The position numbers and the translations under genes were made by a program. Below the pieces are notes generated by a model that saw only the letters and a program-made list of their open reading frames with translations, was not told the origin of the DNA and did not search any database. Positions 48,846-59,570 of a stretch of DNA of 64,000 bases are shown here, one piece after another. Positions within the stretch are counted from its first letter, which is position 1. Each line of letters begins with the position of its first letter. The DNA comes from Hyphomicrobium sp. (GTDB lineage: Bacteria > Pseudomonadota > Alphaproteobacteria > Rhizobiales > Hyphomicrobiaceae): positions 279,671 through 343,670 of the forward strand of contig JASBTM010000005.1 in NCBI GenBank assembly GCA_030148425.1, read 5' to 3'.

Positions 48846-50624
48846 TTACGCCGCCTGATCGCCCGGCGATTTTGTTTCAAGATACTTTGCGAATTGCAGC
48901 TTGAAGAGGCGATTATACGCGCCGCCCTGCGCCATAAGCTGCTCGTGCGTTCCGCTTTCGATAACGCGGCCTGCTTCGATAACGTGAATCAAGTCGGCAT
49001 GCAGGATCGTCGACAGACGGTGAGCGATCACCAGCGAGGTCTTGCCCTCCGTCAGGCGGCGAAGCTCGCGCTGGATCACGTCCTCGGTCTCGCTGTCGAG
49101 GGCGGACGTCGGCTCGTCGAGTAAGATGATCGGCGCGTTTTTCAGGAAAGCACGGGCGAGCGCGATGCGCTGGCGCTGTCCGCCCGACACCTGGGCGCCG
49201 AGTTCGCCAACCTGGCTTTCGTATCCGCGCGGAAGAGACATGATGAAATCGTGCGCGCTCGCTGCCTTCGCAGCTTGAACGCACATTTCTTCCGTCGCGT
49301 CTTCGCAGCCCGCGCGAATGTTTTGGATGATCGAGCCCTCGAAGAGGAACGCGTCCTGCCCGACGACCGCAATATTACGACGCAGAGATTTCAGAGACAC
49401 ATCCATAATCGACTGGCCATCGATTTCGATCAGGCCAGAATCCGGCACGCGCAGCCGCTGCAGAAGAGCGAATATCGTGGTCTTGCCACCGCCGGAGTGG
49501 CCAACCAGAGCCGTCACTTTTCCGGCAGGAACATCGAGTGTCAGGTCTTCGACGACAGGCTTGTTCTGAACATACCGGAAGGCGACGTTGCGGAACGAGA
49601 CCGCGCCGCGCTCGATTTGCAGCTCTGGCCTGCCCGGCGGCTCGTCCTCATTCGCGGGTGTGTCCAGTATTTCGTACATCATCTTGACGCCAACTGCCGC
49701 GGTCGCGAGTTGGAGCTGAACACGCGAAAGGCGGCGGCCCGGGTCGCCGCACATCAAAAGTGCAGTGACGAAGGCGAAGAACTGTCCTGGGCTTTCGCCA
49801 TGATAGAGATTTCGCCAGCCAGCGTAGAAGATCACAGCCGCAACCGCGCAGCCGCCGATCGCCTCCATCAGCGGGTTTACGCCCGCCTGGATGCGAAGCA
49901 TCTTGTTGGATAGCCGCTGCACAGCCTCGATCGCGTCGAACATCCGCGACCGCATCGCGTTTTCGAGCTGGAACGATTTAACGACCTGCGCGCCCTGGCT
50001 AACCTCGCGCGTCACCTGAATGATGCCGCTCAACGAATGGACTTCGCTGCGGGTTGCCTTCTTGATGCGAGCGACCATCTTGCGCGACGACAAAGCAGCA
50101 ATCGGGCCGCCGATCAGCGCAATTGCCGTCAGGATCGGGTCAAGCACGAACATCGTGCAAATGAGACCGACAATCGTGAACAGGTCGCGACCGACGTTCA
50201 GTGATACCAGCGTGAGCATGTCTCGCACGGCTGATGCGTTGTACGACATCTTCGTGACCAGATCGCTCGACGGGTGCTGCTGATAGAAGTTCATGTCGAC
50301 CTTGAGCATATGGTCGAACATTTTCTTCTGAGTCTGAGCGACGAGACGATTGCCGATGTTACCGACGATTACTTCCGAGAAGTAGGCTGCGAAACCCTTC
50401 GCCACGAAAATCGCAACGATTACAAGCGAGATACCGGCAAGGGCGGCTCGATCCTGGTGGACGAAAATCGTGTCGATGACGCCCTTAAGGACGTAGGCGC
50501 TCAGCGACGTCGCGCCGGCAACCAACAACATGCAGATGATCGCGAGCGTGTACTGCGGCGCGTACTCGCGGGCATTCTCTTTGAAAAGCCGCTTCAATAG
50601 TTCGATTGTCGTCGCAGACTGCAT
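48846..50624 (-). CDS. MsbA-like ABC exporter (permease and ATPase)
   Basis: Six TM segments; GHSGGGKTT, VSGGQRQR, LLDEPTSALD. Confidence 0.9.
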   Translation of the reverse strand: MQSATTIELLKRLFKENAREYAPQYTLAIICMLLVAGATSLSAYVLKGVIDTIFVHQDRAALAGISLVIVAIFVAKGFAAYFSEVIVGNIGNRLVAQTQKKMFDHMLKVDMNFYQQHPSSDLVTKMSYNASAVRDMLTLVSLNVGRDLFTIVGLICTMFVLDPILTAIALIGGPIAALSSRKMVARIKKATRSEVHSLSGIIQVTREVSQGAQVVKSFQLENAMRSRMFDAIEAVQRLSNKMLRIQAGVNPLMEAIGGCAVAAVIFYAGWRNLYHGESPGQFFAFVTALLMCGDPGRRLSRVQLQLATAAVGVKMMYEILDTPANEDEPPGRPELQIERGAVSFRNVAFRYVQNKPVVEDLTLDVPAGKVTALVGHSGGGKTTIFALLQRLRVPDSGLIEIDGQSIMDVSLKSLRRNIAVVGQDAFLFEGSIIQNIRAGCEDATEEMCVQAAKAASAHDFIMSLPRGYESQVGELGAQVSGGQRQRIALARAFLKNAPIILLDEPTSALDSETEDVIQRELRRLTEGKTSLVIAHRLSTILHADLIHVIEAGRVIESGTHEQLMAQGGAYNRLFKLQFAKYLETKSPGDQAA

Positions 50625-50799
50625 CGCGTCTCTTGAGCTTTAAAGCAGGTCCCCGTTGCTCCGGCTTGCAGAGCATACCTGACCACGTTGATTTGTGCCG
50701 AAGCGAAAGTCAACGAAGCCTTTTTCCTGTGGGAAGAAGGCGTCCAACTCATACCCACCCAGGTTGCATCCCGGGTGAGACATTACCATGACCGTAAAA

Positions 50800-51648
50800 T
50801 CAGGGCGCAATCGAATTATGCCGAATCGCTGCGGAATCGATAACCGTGTGGCTGTCTCCGACGGACTGTCGCCGAGCCGTTGTGGCCTTCTTGCTCCGAG
50901 ATCGCCACATATGCGCAACTTTTACATAGCGATAGGACGCCAGGATCCAGGCATAACGCAATCCGTTGAAGCCTCCCGTAAAATGCCGACGGATCACATA
51001 GTACTTAACAAAATTCACGGGAAACTCGATCACCATCCGGGCAAGAAGGGCGATGCGGAGTGACGATGCGGAGTGCTCGGCGTAGAGCGGCATCCGTTTG
51101 GAGAGCTTGGCCTTCAAATCATCGTACGACCGGAACGAGTAATGATACACCGGTGCACGCAGAACGCCGACGGGGATATCGCCGGTCATTACGCTGTCAT
51201 GCGCCGGGGAATCTCGAAACCTCGCGACACGCCGGTCATACAATCGTACATACCAGTGATCCCGAGCCCAAGGCCGCGGCCGCTCCTCGCCAGGATAGAC
51301 GAGCTCGAGTGGAAATTCGTAGGCCGCCGCTGCAGGCGTTCCAGCCGTGAACAGCGCGATCATCTCGTCCCTGAGCGCCGGCGTGACGACTTCATCGGCG
51401 TCCAGGTTCAGTACCCAGCAATTGCGGCACTGATCTTCAGCAAAGCGCTTTTGGCCGCCGAACCCCAGCCACTGCTGCGTTATCACCCGGCAACCCTCGG
51501 AAACGGCGATGCGCACCGTGTCGTCGCTGCTTTCGCTGTCGACGACCACTACCTCATCAACCCAGGACTGAACAGAGCGGATGGTGGATGCTATGCGATC
51601 GGCCTCGTTTTTTGCAATGATAAAACAAGATATTGGCAATTTGCTCAT
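50800..51648 (-). CDS. GT2 glycosyltransferase (LPS beta-1,4-glucosyltransferase-like)
   Basis: IAKNEAD, VVDSESSD, WLGFGGQK, LDADE. Confidence 0.9.
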   Translation of the reverse strand: MSKLPISCFIIAKNEADRIASTIRSVQSWVDEVVVVDSESSDDTVRIAVSEGCRVITQQWLGFGGQKRFAEDQCRNCWVLNLDADEVVTPALRDEMIALFTAGTPAAAAYEFPLELVYPGEERPRPWARDHWYVRLYDRRVARFRDSPAHDSVMTGDIPVGVLRAPVYHYSFRSYDDLKAKLSKRMPLYAEHSASSLRIALLARMVIEFPVNFVKYYVIRRHFTGGFNGLRYAWILASYRYVKVAHMWRSRSKKATTARRQSVGDSHTVIDSAAIRHNSIAP

Positions 51649-52312
51649 GTAAAATACCTAATCAGTATCGACATCAAATACCGTCCAAGAGCGACCACTA
51701 TCATTCAGCCAGCGGTATACATAAAGTCGTGCGACCATCTTGTGAATATGACTGACGTCTGGGGGATTATTCCGCTTTCGCGCCATAAAGCTATTTTCGG
51801 AGCCAGACATTGCATCATATTGCCTATGCCCCCTACCCCGCAGCGGATCTTGCCGCGCGGAAATGACACGCAAAGGAACAGAAGCACGCAACACCTGCAA
51901 TGCTTCTCCTAACTACCGGCCCCAAAACCCCATTATTATGCCGACTGCCAACGAAGCGACGCCCGCGTTCGCGACACTATCCATTTTCAATCGATCGAAC
52001 GAGTACAATCGGGCACCATTGTTCGCGTTTTGAAATTTTCCACAAGCGAAGTCGCCTAGAACATAAGGTCGAAGGGACGTCTCCGCCTCCTGCGGTCGAC
52101 GCCTTCCTTGTCACAAATATTTCTTACTTCCAATCACGAAGGCTCACTCGGGGACAACGACGCCGAGCTGTCGGCGCGGACCTCAGCGCCATGCTACCGT
52201 CCGGTATCGCAACATCGCTTTCACCGGATCGCGTGAGCTTTGTAGGCGTGATGATGCTCGGAGAGGGACTGCTGCTTCGGCGAGGTCGATCGAAACAGCT
52301 AACCGCTTGAAT

Positions 52313-52339
52313 ACGGCTTGGCGGCAAGCGCCAAGCCGT
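52313..52339 (-). terminator. Hairpin at the end of the hyp/hupE operon
   Basis: Perfect 11-bp stem acggcttggcg/cgccaagccgt; weak U-tract. Confidence 0.45.
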
Positions 52340-52351
52340 GTCATCGCGATT

Positions 52352-52957
52352 CTATGCTGCGAGCCATCCGGTAAGAAGCGATACGCCGGCAAGCGCGCCC
52401 GCGGCGCCCACGCACATTTTCAACATTGCTGCGCGCGCCGCACCGAGGCGGTCGAGGCTAAAGCCCAACGCTATGCCTGCGGCGTGAAGCAGGCCCGTCG
52501 CGCAGACAAAACCGGCGGCATAGGGCAGGAAGGCAATGCCGAGGCCCATGCCTTCCGTGCCGTGCGCGTGGCCATGAAAGACGGCAAAAATGCCGACAAG
52601 CGCCATCGCGACAATCGTTGGCAGCCTGACGCCGAGCGCGATGGCCAATCCCATTACGACGACCGAGATGCCGATGCCTTCTTCAACCATTGGCAAAGGC
52701 CAACCATAATAGCCGAGTGCGCCGCCAAAGATCATTGTGCCGACGAATGCCGACGGCACGAGCCAAAGCGCTGCACCGCCAAGATTTGCTGCGAACAGGC
52801 CGACAGCCACCATTGCAAGAATGTGATCGATGCCGCTCAACGGATGGATGAAGCCGTGGTTGAACGTATCGACGTGGCCGACGCCGACGTGCGCAAATGC
52901 CGGTCCGGCCATCAAGACGAAAGCGGCACTCGCAAGTAGTGGTAGTTTCCTCAACAT
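52352..52957 (-). CDS. hupE: HupE/UreJ family nickel permease
   Basis: AFAH after the signal peptide, HPLSGIDHILAM, FHGHAHG, LLHAAG. Confidence 0.93.
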   Translation of the reverse strand: MLRKLPLLASAAFVLMAGPAFAHVGVGHVDTFNHGFIHPLSGIDHILAMVAVGLFAANLGGAALWLVPSAFVGTMIFGGALGYYGWPLPMVEEGIGISVVVMGLAIALGVRLPTIVAMALVGIFAVFHGHAHGTEGMGLGIAFLPYAAGFVCATGLLHAAGIALGFSLDRLGAARAAMLKMCVGAAGALAGVSLLTGWLAA

Positions 52958-52991
52958 TGCATTTTTCTCCCGGTAGATGTTTCTTGAGACG

Positions 52992-54062
52992 TCAACAAAT
53001 TCTTGGAAGCTGTTCGCCTACGAGCATGTCGACGATACGCATGCCGCCGAACACAGTCCGCATCGTGACCCGGCCCGCCTCGCCTGTCGTCACCTCGCCG
53101 ACGATCTCTGCATCGCGGCCCAAGTCATGTGCGCGGAGCGCCTGCAAAGCGGCGTTCGCTTCATTGTTGGGAATTATCGCGACCAGCTTGCCCTCGTTTG
53201 CCAGATAAAGCGGATCGAGGCCGAGAATCTCGCAAAAGCCCTTCACTTCGGGCCGCAACGGTGTGCGCTCTTCATCGATGACGATCGAGACGCGGGACGC
53301 ATCGGCGATCTCATTCAATACAGTTGCGATCCCGCCCCGCGTCGCGTCGCGGATTGCGCGCGTGCGAGGTGCGGCCGCGAGAAGCTGGGAGATCAAGCCA
53401 TCGAGCGGCGCACAATCGCTCAGGATCGGACTGTCGATCGCCATATCGCCCCGCGCGCCGAGAATGGCTGCGCCGTGGTCGCCGAGGTAGCCGTTGACAA
53501 GGACGACGTCGCCTGGCTGCGCGAGATCCGCGCCGAGGACGATACCTTCGGGAATGACGCCAATGCCGGTCGTCGTCAGAAAGACCTTATCGCATGCGCC
53601 CTTGTGCACGACTTTGGTATCGCCGGTAACGATGCGCACGCCGGCCTCGCGCGCCGTCTCCGCCATCGATCGCGCAATTCGGCGCAGAAGATCGACCTCA
53701 ACACCTTCTTCGATGATGGCCGCGCAAGAAATGTAGAGTGGTTTTGCGCCGCCGACCGCTAGATCGTTGATGGTGCCGCAGATCGCGAGTTTGCCAATAT
53801 CGCCGCCGGGGAAGAACAGCGGATCCACGACGAAGCTATCCGTCGTGAATGCGACCCGGTCTCCGAGCTTCGTCAAGCCGAGGAGATCGATCCGCGCCTG
53901 ATCTTCCAGCGCCCCCTGCCCGTCGCTGTCGAAGACGGAAATGAAAACATCGTCGATGAGATCCTTCATCGCCTTTCCGCCTCCGCCGTGCGCAAGCGTC
54001 ACGGTTGGAGCGGATACGGTGCCTAATTTGCGCGTGCGCCGATTGATAGGGATGACGTTCAT
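52992..54062 (-). CDS. hypE: Hydrogenase maturation protein HypE
   Basis: AHGGGG, RDATRGG, LANEG, C-terminal LPRIC. Confidence 0.98.
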   Translation of the reverse strand: MNVIPINRRTRKLGTVSAPTVTLAHGGGGKAMKDLIDDVFISVFDSDGQGALEDQARIDLLGLTKLGDRVAFTTDSFVVDPLFFPGGDIGKLAICGTINDLAVGGAKPLYISCAAIIEEGVEVDLLRRIARSMAETAREAGVRIVTGDTKVVHKGACDKVFLTTTGIGVIPEGIVLGADLAQPGDVVLVNGYLGDHGAAILGARGDMAIDSPILSDCAPLDGLISQLLAAAPRTRAIRDATRGGIATVLNEIADASRVSIVIDEERTPLRPEVKGFCEILGLDPLYLANEGKLVAIIPNNEANAALQALRAHDLGRDAEIVGEVTTGEAGRVTMRTVFGGMRIVDMLVGEQLPRIC

Positions 54063-55189
54063 GAGGCCACCGCCTGCTTTTTTATACCGCCGTACTGGTA
54101 GTAAGCCGCGCATGCGCCCTCGGACGACACCATCAGCGCGCCGAGCGGGGTTTCCGGGTTGCATGACGTTCCGAAGACCCGGCACTCCCACGGCTTGATG
54201 ATGCCTTTGAGCACGTCACCGCACTGACACGCTTGCGGATCGGCGACCTTAAGATGGGGCATCGCAAACTTACGTTCCGCATCATATCGCGCGTAGGCGT
54301 CGCGGATGCGCACGCCGGAATGCTCGATCGAACCGAGCCCGCGCCATTCGAAGAATTCGCGCAGCTCGTAGACCTTGAAAACCGCGTCGAGGGCGCGGTT
54401 GTTGCCCTGTTTCGGCACAATCCGCTTGTATTGATTTTCAATCTCCGCGCGGCCATCCTTGATCTGCTTCAGAACCATCCAGATCGATTGAAGAACATCG
54501 AGCGGCTCGAAACCTGCGACGACCATCGGCCGCTTGTAATAGTGCGCCACGAACTCGTAAGGGTCCGTTCCGATGACCATGGACACGTGGCCCGGTCCGA
54601 GAAAGCCATCGAGTTGCATGTCTGGGCTATCAAGGATTGCCTTGATCGTCGGCACGATCGTGATGTGGTTGCAGAACACTGAAAAATTCTCAATGCCCTC
54701 GGCTTCAGCCTGCAGGATCGTCAGCGCGGTCGACGGCATCGTTGTTTCGAAACCGATGCCGAAGAATACGACCTCGCGTTCCGGATTTTTCCGCGCAAGC
54801 GCGAGCGCATCCATCGGCGAGTAGACCATGCGAACGTCTGCGCCGCCGGCTTTGGCTTGAAGGAGGCTCTTGCGCGAGCCGGGCACACGCATGGCGTCGC
54901 CGAAGGTCGTGCAGATGACGTCCGGCCGTTCCGCGACCGCGACGCAATCGTCGATACGGCCCATAGGAAGGACGCACACAGGACATCCCGGGCCGTGGAC
55001 CAGCTCAATTTCCTTCGGCAGCATGCCTTCGAGGCCGTAGCGAAAAATGGAGTGTGTGTGCCCCCCGCAGACCTCCATGATCGCGATGGGCCGCTCTCTG
55101 GCGATATCGATCTCGCCGACGAGCGTTTCGATCTCCTTCACCAGTGTTCTCGCCTTGTCGCGGTCACGAAATTCGTCGACGTATTTCAT
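54059..55189 (-). CDS. hypD: Hydrogenase maturation protein HypD
   Basis: MEVCGGHTH, GPGCPVC, GFETT, MVSSEGAC. Confidence 0.98.
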   Translation of the reverse strand: MKYVDEFRDRDKARTLVKEIETLVGEIDIARERPIAIMEVCGGHTHSIFRYGLEGMLPKEIELVHGPGCPVCVLPMGRIDDCVAVAERPDVICTTFGDAMRVPGSRKSLLQAKAGGADVRMVYSPMDALALARKNPEREVVFFGIGFETTMPSTALTILQAEAEGIENFSVFCNHITIVPTIKAILDSPDMQLDGFLGPGHVSMVIGTDPYEFVAHYYKRPMVVAGFEPLDVLQSIWMVLKQIKDGRAEIENQYKRIVPKQGNNRALDAVFKVYELREFFEWRGLGSIEHSGVRIRDAYARYDAERKFAMPHLKVADPQACQCGDVLKGIIKPWECRVFGTSCNPETPLGALMVSSEGACAAYYQYGGIKKQAVAS

Positions 55190-55219
55190 TGCACATCTCC
55201 CGGCTTTTCTTTTTATCGC

Positions 55220-55501
55220 TTATCGCAAACCCGAAGCCTGCATGGCTTCCATCTCGGCTTGCGCTTCTCCGAGCTCGTGTAGAATTTTCAGTGTTTCGGC
55301 GGCTTCGGCTTCGTCGATGCGGCTCATCGCGAAGCCCACGTGAATGAGCACCCATTCGCCCACGCACGTTTCGATCGGGTTGCTGTTGTCGACAATACAG
55401 GCGACGTTCACTTGACGCCTGACACCACTCACATCGACGGTGGCAAGTTTCTTATCGACATCGTCGATCTTGATGATGCGACCTGGAATTCCGAGACACA
55501 T
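55220..55501 (-). CDS. hypC: Hydrogenase chaperone HypC
   Basis: MCLGIPG, WVLIHVGFA. Confidence 0.97.
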   Translation of the reverse strand: MCLGIPGRIIKIDDVDKKLATVDVSGVRRQVNVACIVDNSNPIETCVGEWVLIHVGFAMSRIDEAEAAETLKILHELGEAQAEMEAMQASGLR

Positions 55502-55517
55502 GATGTGTTCCCCTTTT

Positions 55518-57926
55518 TCATTCTTTGTCGGCTTCGATCAGTCGAGCGGCGGCGATGGCCGCTTGGCCGAGTGACAGTCCTCCGTCACCCGCAGGTACAT
55601 GAGCGTGGGTGAGGACTTTGAAACCCGCGACCTCCAATCGTTCAGTGACCTGTTCAAACAGGATGCGATTATGAAAGCACCCGCCCGATAGCGCGACCGT
55701 ATCGAAGCGGCGCTGTGCTTCGCCATCACGGCTCGCGAGTTTCCGAGCCATCGCGGCAATAGCTCGCGCGAGCCCACGATGAAAACGCGCGGCCATGACG
55801 CCGACCGGCGTGTCCTGCTTCAAATCGCCGAGTATGGCCTTCCAGGCTGCAGAAGGTTCGAGGCACGAAAGTTGAGCATCGGCGGCGGACGTTATTGCGA
55901 ACGGATAGGCGAACGCTTCGTCCTCATGAAACAGGGTATCGTGATCGACGGCAGCTTCGAGCTGCGCCGCTGCTTCTCCCTCATAGGCTTGTCGATTGAA
56001 GCAAATACCCATGGCCGCCGCGGCAGCATCAAACAGGCGTCCGCACGACGAGGCTTTTGGCGAATTCGCGCCGGCTCGCATCATTGCATCAATGATCTCT
56101 AGCGGCTTTTCATCAAGCCGACGGAAGAGATCGAGGTCGCCGAAGTTCGTTGCGATTGACGCCCAGTCTCCCTCTGCCATGAGATGGGCATAGAGATTGC
56201 GCCATGGCTCCCGAGACGCGGCATCGCCTCCGGGCATTGCTACTGGCTTGAAAGTTCCGAGACGTTCGAATTGCGTATAGTCGGCCAGCAAAAACTCGCC
56301 GCCGCAGATTTCTCCGTCACAGCCGTAGCCAAGGCCGTCGAGCGCTATACCAAGGACAGGAGCGGCATCCAACGGTCGGCCGTTCTCAGCAAGACAACTC
56401 GCGATATGCGCGTGATGATGTTGAACCTCCATCAGCCGTGATGACGACTCACGGGCGAGGCTTTCTGCATGTTTTCTGCTGTGATACCCCGTGTGGAAAT
56501 CACAGGCGATGGCTTTCGACTGCGCATCGAGCATCTCGCAATAGAGAGCAATCATGCGCGCGAAGTCGTCATTCGTCCGGGCGTCACCGAGATCGCCAAT
56601 GTGCTGGGACAGAACGGCCCTGCCGGATTTCACGATGCAGAATGTGCTCTTTAAGTCGCCGCCGACCGCCAGGAGTTGTGGCGCCGTTTCAAATCCACTC
56701 GGCAGCTGAATTGCCGCGGGAGCATAACCGCGCGAACGCCGCATGACGCGAGCCTTCCCCGCAACCACACGAACGACGGAATCGTCCACCCGGTTCACGA
56801 CATCGCGGTCGTGAACCAAAGCATACGTCGCTATCGCGGCAAGCTCTCGTTTGGCATCGTCGTCGGAAGTAACCTGCGGGGCATCCGAGCGATTGCCCGA
56901 GGTCATGACGACGGGGGTGCCCATGTTTTGAAGAAGAAGCGCGTGCAATGGCGTCGTCGGCAACATGAAGCCAAGCGTCTGCAATCCGGAAGCGATTGCA
57001 GCTGGCAACTTCTCCGGACCGTCCGCGTCTATCAGAACGATCGGCGCGGCGGGGCTTGTGAGAATATGTTCGACTTCCGATGTAACTTTCGCATAACGTT
57101 CGATGACGTCGAGATCGCGCGCCATGAGTGCGAAAGGCTTCCGGTCACGATGCTTCAGGTCGCGAAGACGCTGCACCACATCGGCGCGCGTCCCATCGCA
57201 GGCGAGCTGATAGCCACCGAGCCCCTTGATCGCAATGATTTCGCCGTTCCGAATGAGATCCGCCGCGGCTTCCACGGCGTCGCACTTCGATGTTGAATAT
57301 GCGTCGACAGTACCGCCGTCCAAACGGATCAGCCGAGCTTTGGGTCCGCAGACGGCGCAAGCCGTCGTTTCGGCGTGAAAGCGACGATCGATGGGATCGC
57401 CGTATTCCTCTGCGCAGTCCGGGCAGAGATCGAACGCGTCCATGCTCGTCGAGCCGCGATCGTAGGGGACGCGACGAACGATCGAGAGGCGCGGACCGCA
57501 GTTCGTACAGGTCGTGAAGGGATAGCGGTAGCGGCGCGATGCCGGATCTGCAATTTCTCTCGCGCAATCCGCACACAGCGCGGCGTCAGGCGCAATCTCG
57601 GTATCGTTTGAGCCGCTGGCGCTTTCTTCGACCTCGAACGTGTCTGGAAGTTCGCCCGCGAAGCTTGTGATTTCGATGGCCGATACGGATGCGAGCGACG
57701 GCGTGTTCGTTCGAATTTCCCTCACAAGCGCGTTGATGGACTGGAGACTTCCGTGGACGCGAATGAGCACGCCAGCTGCGTCGTTCAAGACATAACCTGA
57801 GAGGCCCAGATCGCGCGCGTTTCGCCAGACGAACGGCCGGAAGCCGACACCTTGGACACGCCCGCGGACGCGAATTTCGACGCTCTCGCCTCCTATCTCT
57901 TCGCTTATGCGGATTGCGATACTCAT
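55518..57926 (-). CDS. hypF: Carbamoyltransferase HypF
   Basis: GRVQGVGFRP, CxxC zinc fingers, HHHAH, DGGLSLGQA. Confidence 0.97.
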   Translation of the reverse strand: MSIAIRISEEIGGESVEIRVRGRVQGVGFRPFVWRNARDLGLSGYVLNDAAGVLIRVHGSLQSINALVREIRTNTPSLASVSAIEITSFAGELPDTFEVEESASGSNDTEIAPDAALCADCAREIADPASRRYRYPFTTCTNCGPRLSIVRRVPYDRGSTSMDAFDLCPDCAEEYGDPIDRRFHAETTACAVCGPKARLIRLDGGTVDAYSTSKCDAVEAAADLIRNGEIIAIKGLGGYQLACDGTRADVVQRLRDLKHRDRKPFALMARDLDVIERYAKVTSEVEHILTSPAAPIVLIDADGPEKLPAAIASGLQTLGFMLPTTPLHALLLQNMGTPVVMTSGNRSDAPQVTSDDDAKRELAAIATYALVHDRDVVNRVDDSVVRVVAGKARVMRRSRGYAPAAIQLPSGFETAPQLLAVGGDLKSTFCIVKSGRAVLSQHIGDLGDARTNDDFARMIALYCEMLDAQSKAIACDFHTGYHSRKHAESLARESSSRLMEVQHHHAHIASCLAENGRPLDAAPVLGIALDGLGYGCDGEICGGEFLLADYTQFERLGTFKPVAMPGGDAASREPWRNLYAHLMAEGDWASIATNFGDLDLFRRLDEKPLEIIDAMMRAGANSPKASSCGRLFDAAAAAMGICFNRQAYEGEAAAQLEAAVDHDTLFHEDEAFAYPFAITSAADAQLSCLEPSAAWKAILGDLKQDTPVGVMAARFHRGLARAIAAMARKLASRDGEAQRRFDTVALSGGCFHNRILFEQVTERLEVAGFKVLTHAHVPAGDGGLSLGQAAIAAARLIEADKE

Positions 57927-58057
57927 GGGGAGATGTCCGAGAGAATGACGCAAGCGTCTTCCCGGAACGCGTTCACTTCAGCGTCGAGAGCTATCGTCAA
58001 GGTGTGTGGCCGGTTCATGAGAGACACTTCTCCACCATCATCGATATGCATTCCGCT

Positions 58058-59566
58058 TCAATGCGGGAGATCGGCCTCGGGCTCGACCTCGGAAAGCAGT
58101 CCGTCTCCTTCGTTTGCATCTTCGATATCGTATCGAAGAAGTTTTGCTCGCAGTCCGACCCGGGACAGTCCCAGCTCCTCGGCAGTGCGAGACTTGTTTC
58201 CCTTGTAGCGAATGAGCGTCTCGCGGATGATCTTCGCTTCCAGTCGCTCCACGCGCTCGCGCAGCTGACCTGGTCCGCCCACGAAGGAATCGATCGTGGG
58301 ATCAGGGATCGCCTCCGCGCCGTCAGCGTAGAGAATGTGGGAATCGAGCAGGTCCGCGCCGAGCACATCGTCCTTCGACATGATGAGCATCCGCGTGACC
58401 TGATTTTCGAGTTCGCGGACGTTTCCGGGCCATGAATACGCACACATTCTTGCGATGGCCTCCGTTGTGAAGCCGGCCGCCTTGAGGCCGTGACGGAGCG
58501 CCGCCCGCTCCAACAGCGCGTTCGCCAGCGGCGCCACATCGCAAATGCGCTTACGTAGCGGCGGCACCGAAATCGGAAACGTCGCGAGGCGGTAATAGAG
58601 ATCGTCGCGAAAGCGGCCGCTCGCCACTTCCTGCGCGAGGTCGCGGTTCGTTGCGGCGATGACCCTCACGTCGACTTTGACGGTGTTGTTGGCGCCGACC
58701 GCGCGCACTTCACCTTCCTGCAGGAACCGCAGAAGCTTCACCTGGAACGCGGGAGAGATGTCACCGATCTCGTCGAGAAAGATTGTGCCTTCGTGTGCCT
58801 GGCTGAGCAGCCCGAGGCGATGCGCGTGCGCACCCGTAAACGCACCTTTCTGGTGGCCGAAAAGTTCGCTTTCCAGAAGGTCGTCCGATATGGCCGCGCA
58901 ATTCACGGCGTAGAAGGGTTTGTCGGAGCGCAAGCTGCAGTAGTGAATTGCGCGCGCGATGAGTTCTTTTCCTGTTCCGGTCTCGCCAAGGATCAGCGAG
59001 GGAATGTCGAACCCGGCAATTCGAGCGGCGATATCGCATATGGCGTTGAGCGGAGATCCCGAAGCCCGAACGATGTTGTCGAAGTTGAAGCCTTTGCGAA
59101 GCTGCTTTCGCTGCTCATTCAATCGATTTTGAACCGACGGCCCTAGAAGCTTCAGCTCAACGGAGAGACGCTCGTGCTCGCGCTGCAGCTTGTAAAGCTC
59201 GGTCGCATTGCGGACGACGAGCAGCATCTCTTCCGGATGCCAGGGTTTCGAAATGAAATGATATATGCCGGCTTTGTTGACGAGATCGATGATATCGTTC
59301 GGATCGGTATAGCCCGTGATGACAACCCGCATCACTTCCGGCCACCGCCGACGGGCCTCGCTCAAGACCTCGACGCCGGTCATGCCCGGCATCCGCTGAT
59401 CGCACAGGATGAGCTGAATCCACTGATTTTCGAGAATGGATAGCGCTTCGACACCGCTGGTCGCCGTGAAAACCTCGAAATCATCCTCGAGCGTGCGCCG
59501 AATAGCTTCGACGGAGCGCTGCTCATCGTCAACGACGAGGATGGCCGATTGAGGAGCGCTCGCCAT
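58058..59566 (-). CDS. hoxA: Hydrogenase NtrC-type response regulator HoxA/HupR
   Basis: REC (CDQRMP), GETGTGKE, GAFTGA, HTH ELGLSRVGLRAKL. Confidence 0.92.
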   Translation of the reverse strand: MASAPQSAILVVDDEQRSVEAIRRTLEDDFEVFTATSGVEALSILENQWIQLILCDQRMPGMTGVEVLSEARRRWPEVMRVVITGYTDPNDIIDLVNKAGIYHFISKPWHPEEMLLVVRNATELYKLQREHERLSVELKLLGPSVQNRLNEQRKQLRKGFNFDNIVRASGSPLNAICDIAARIAGFDIPSLILGETGTGKELIARAIHYCSLRSDKPFYAVNCAAISDDLLESELFGHQKGAFTGAHAHRLGLLSQAHEGTIFLDEIGDISPAFQVKLLRFLQEGEVRAVGANNTVKVDVRVIAATNRDLAQEVASGRFRDDLYYRLATFPISVPPLRKRICDVAPLANALLERAALRHGLKAAGFTTEAIARMCAYSWPGNVRELENQVTRMLIMSKDDVLGADLLDSHILYADGAEAIPDPTIDSFVGGPGQLRERVERLEAKIIRETLIRYKGNKSRTAEELGLSRVGLRAKLLRYDIEDANEGDGLLSEVEPEADLPH

Positions 59567-59570
59567 CTCG

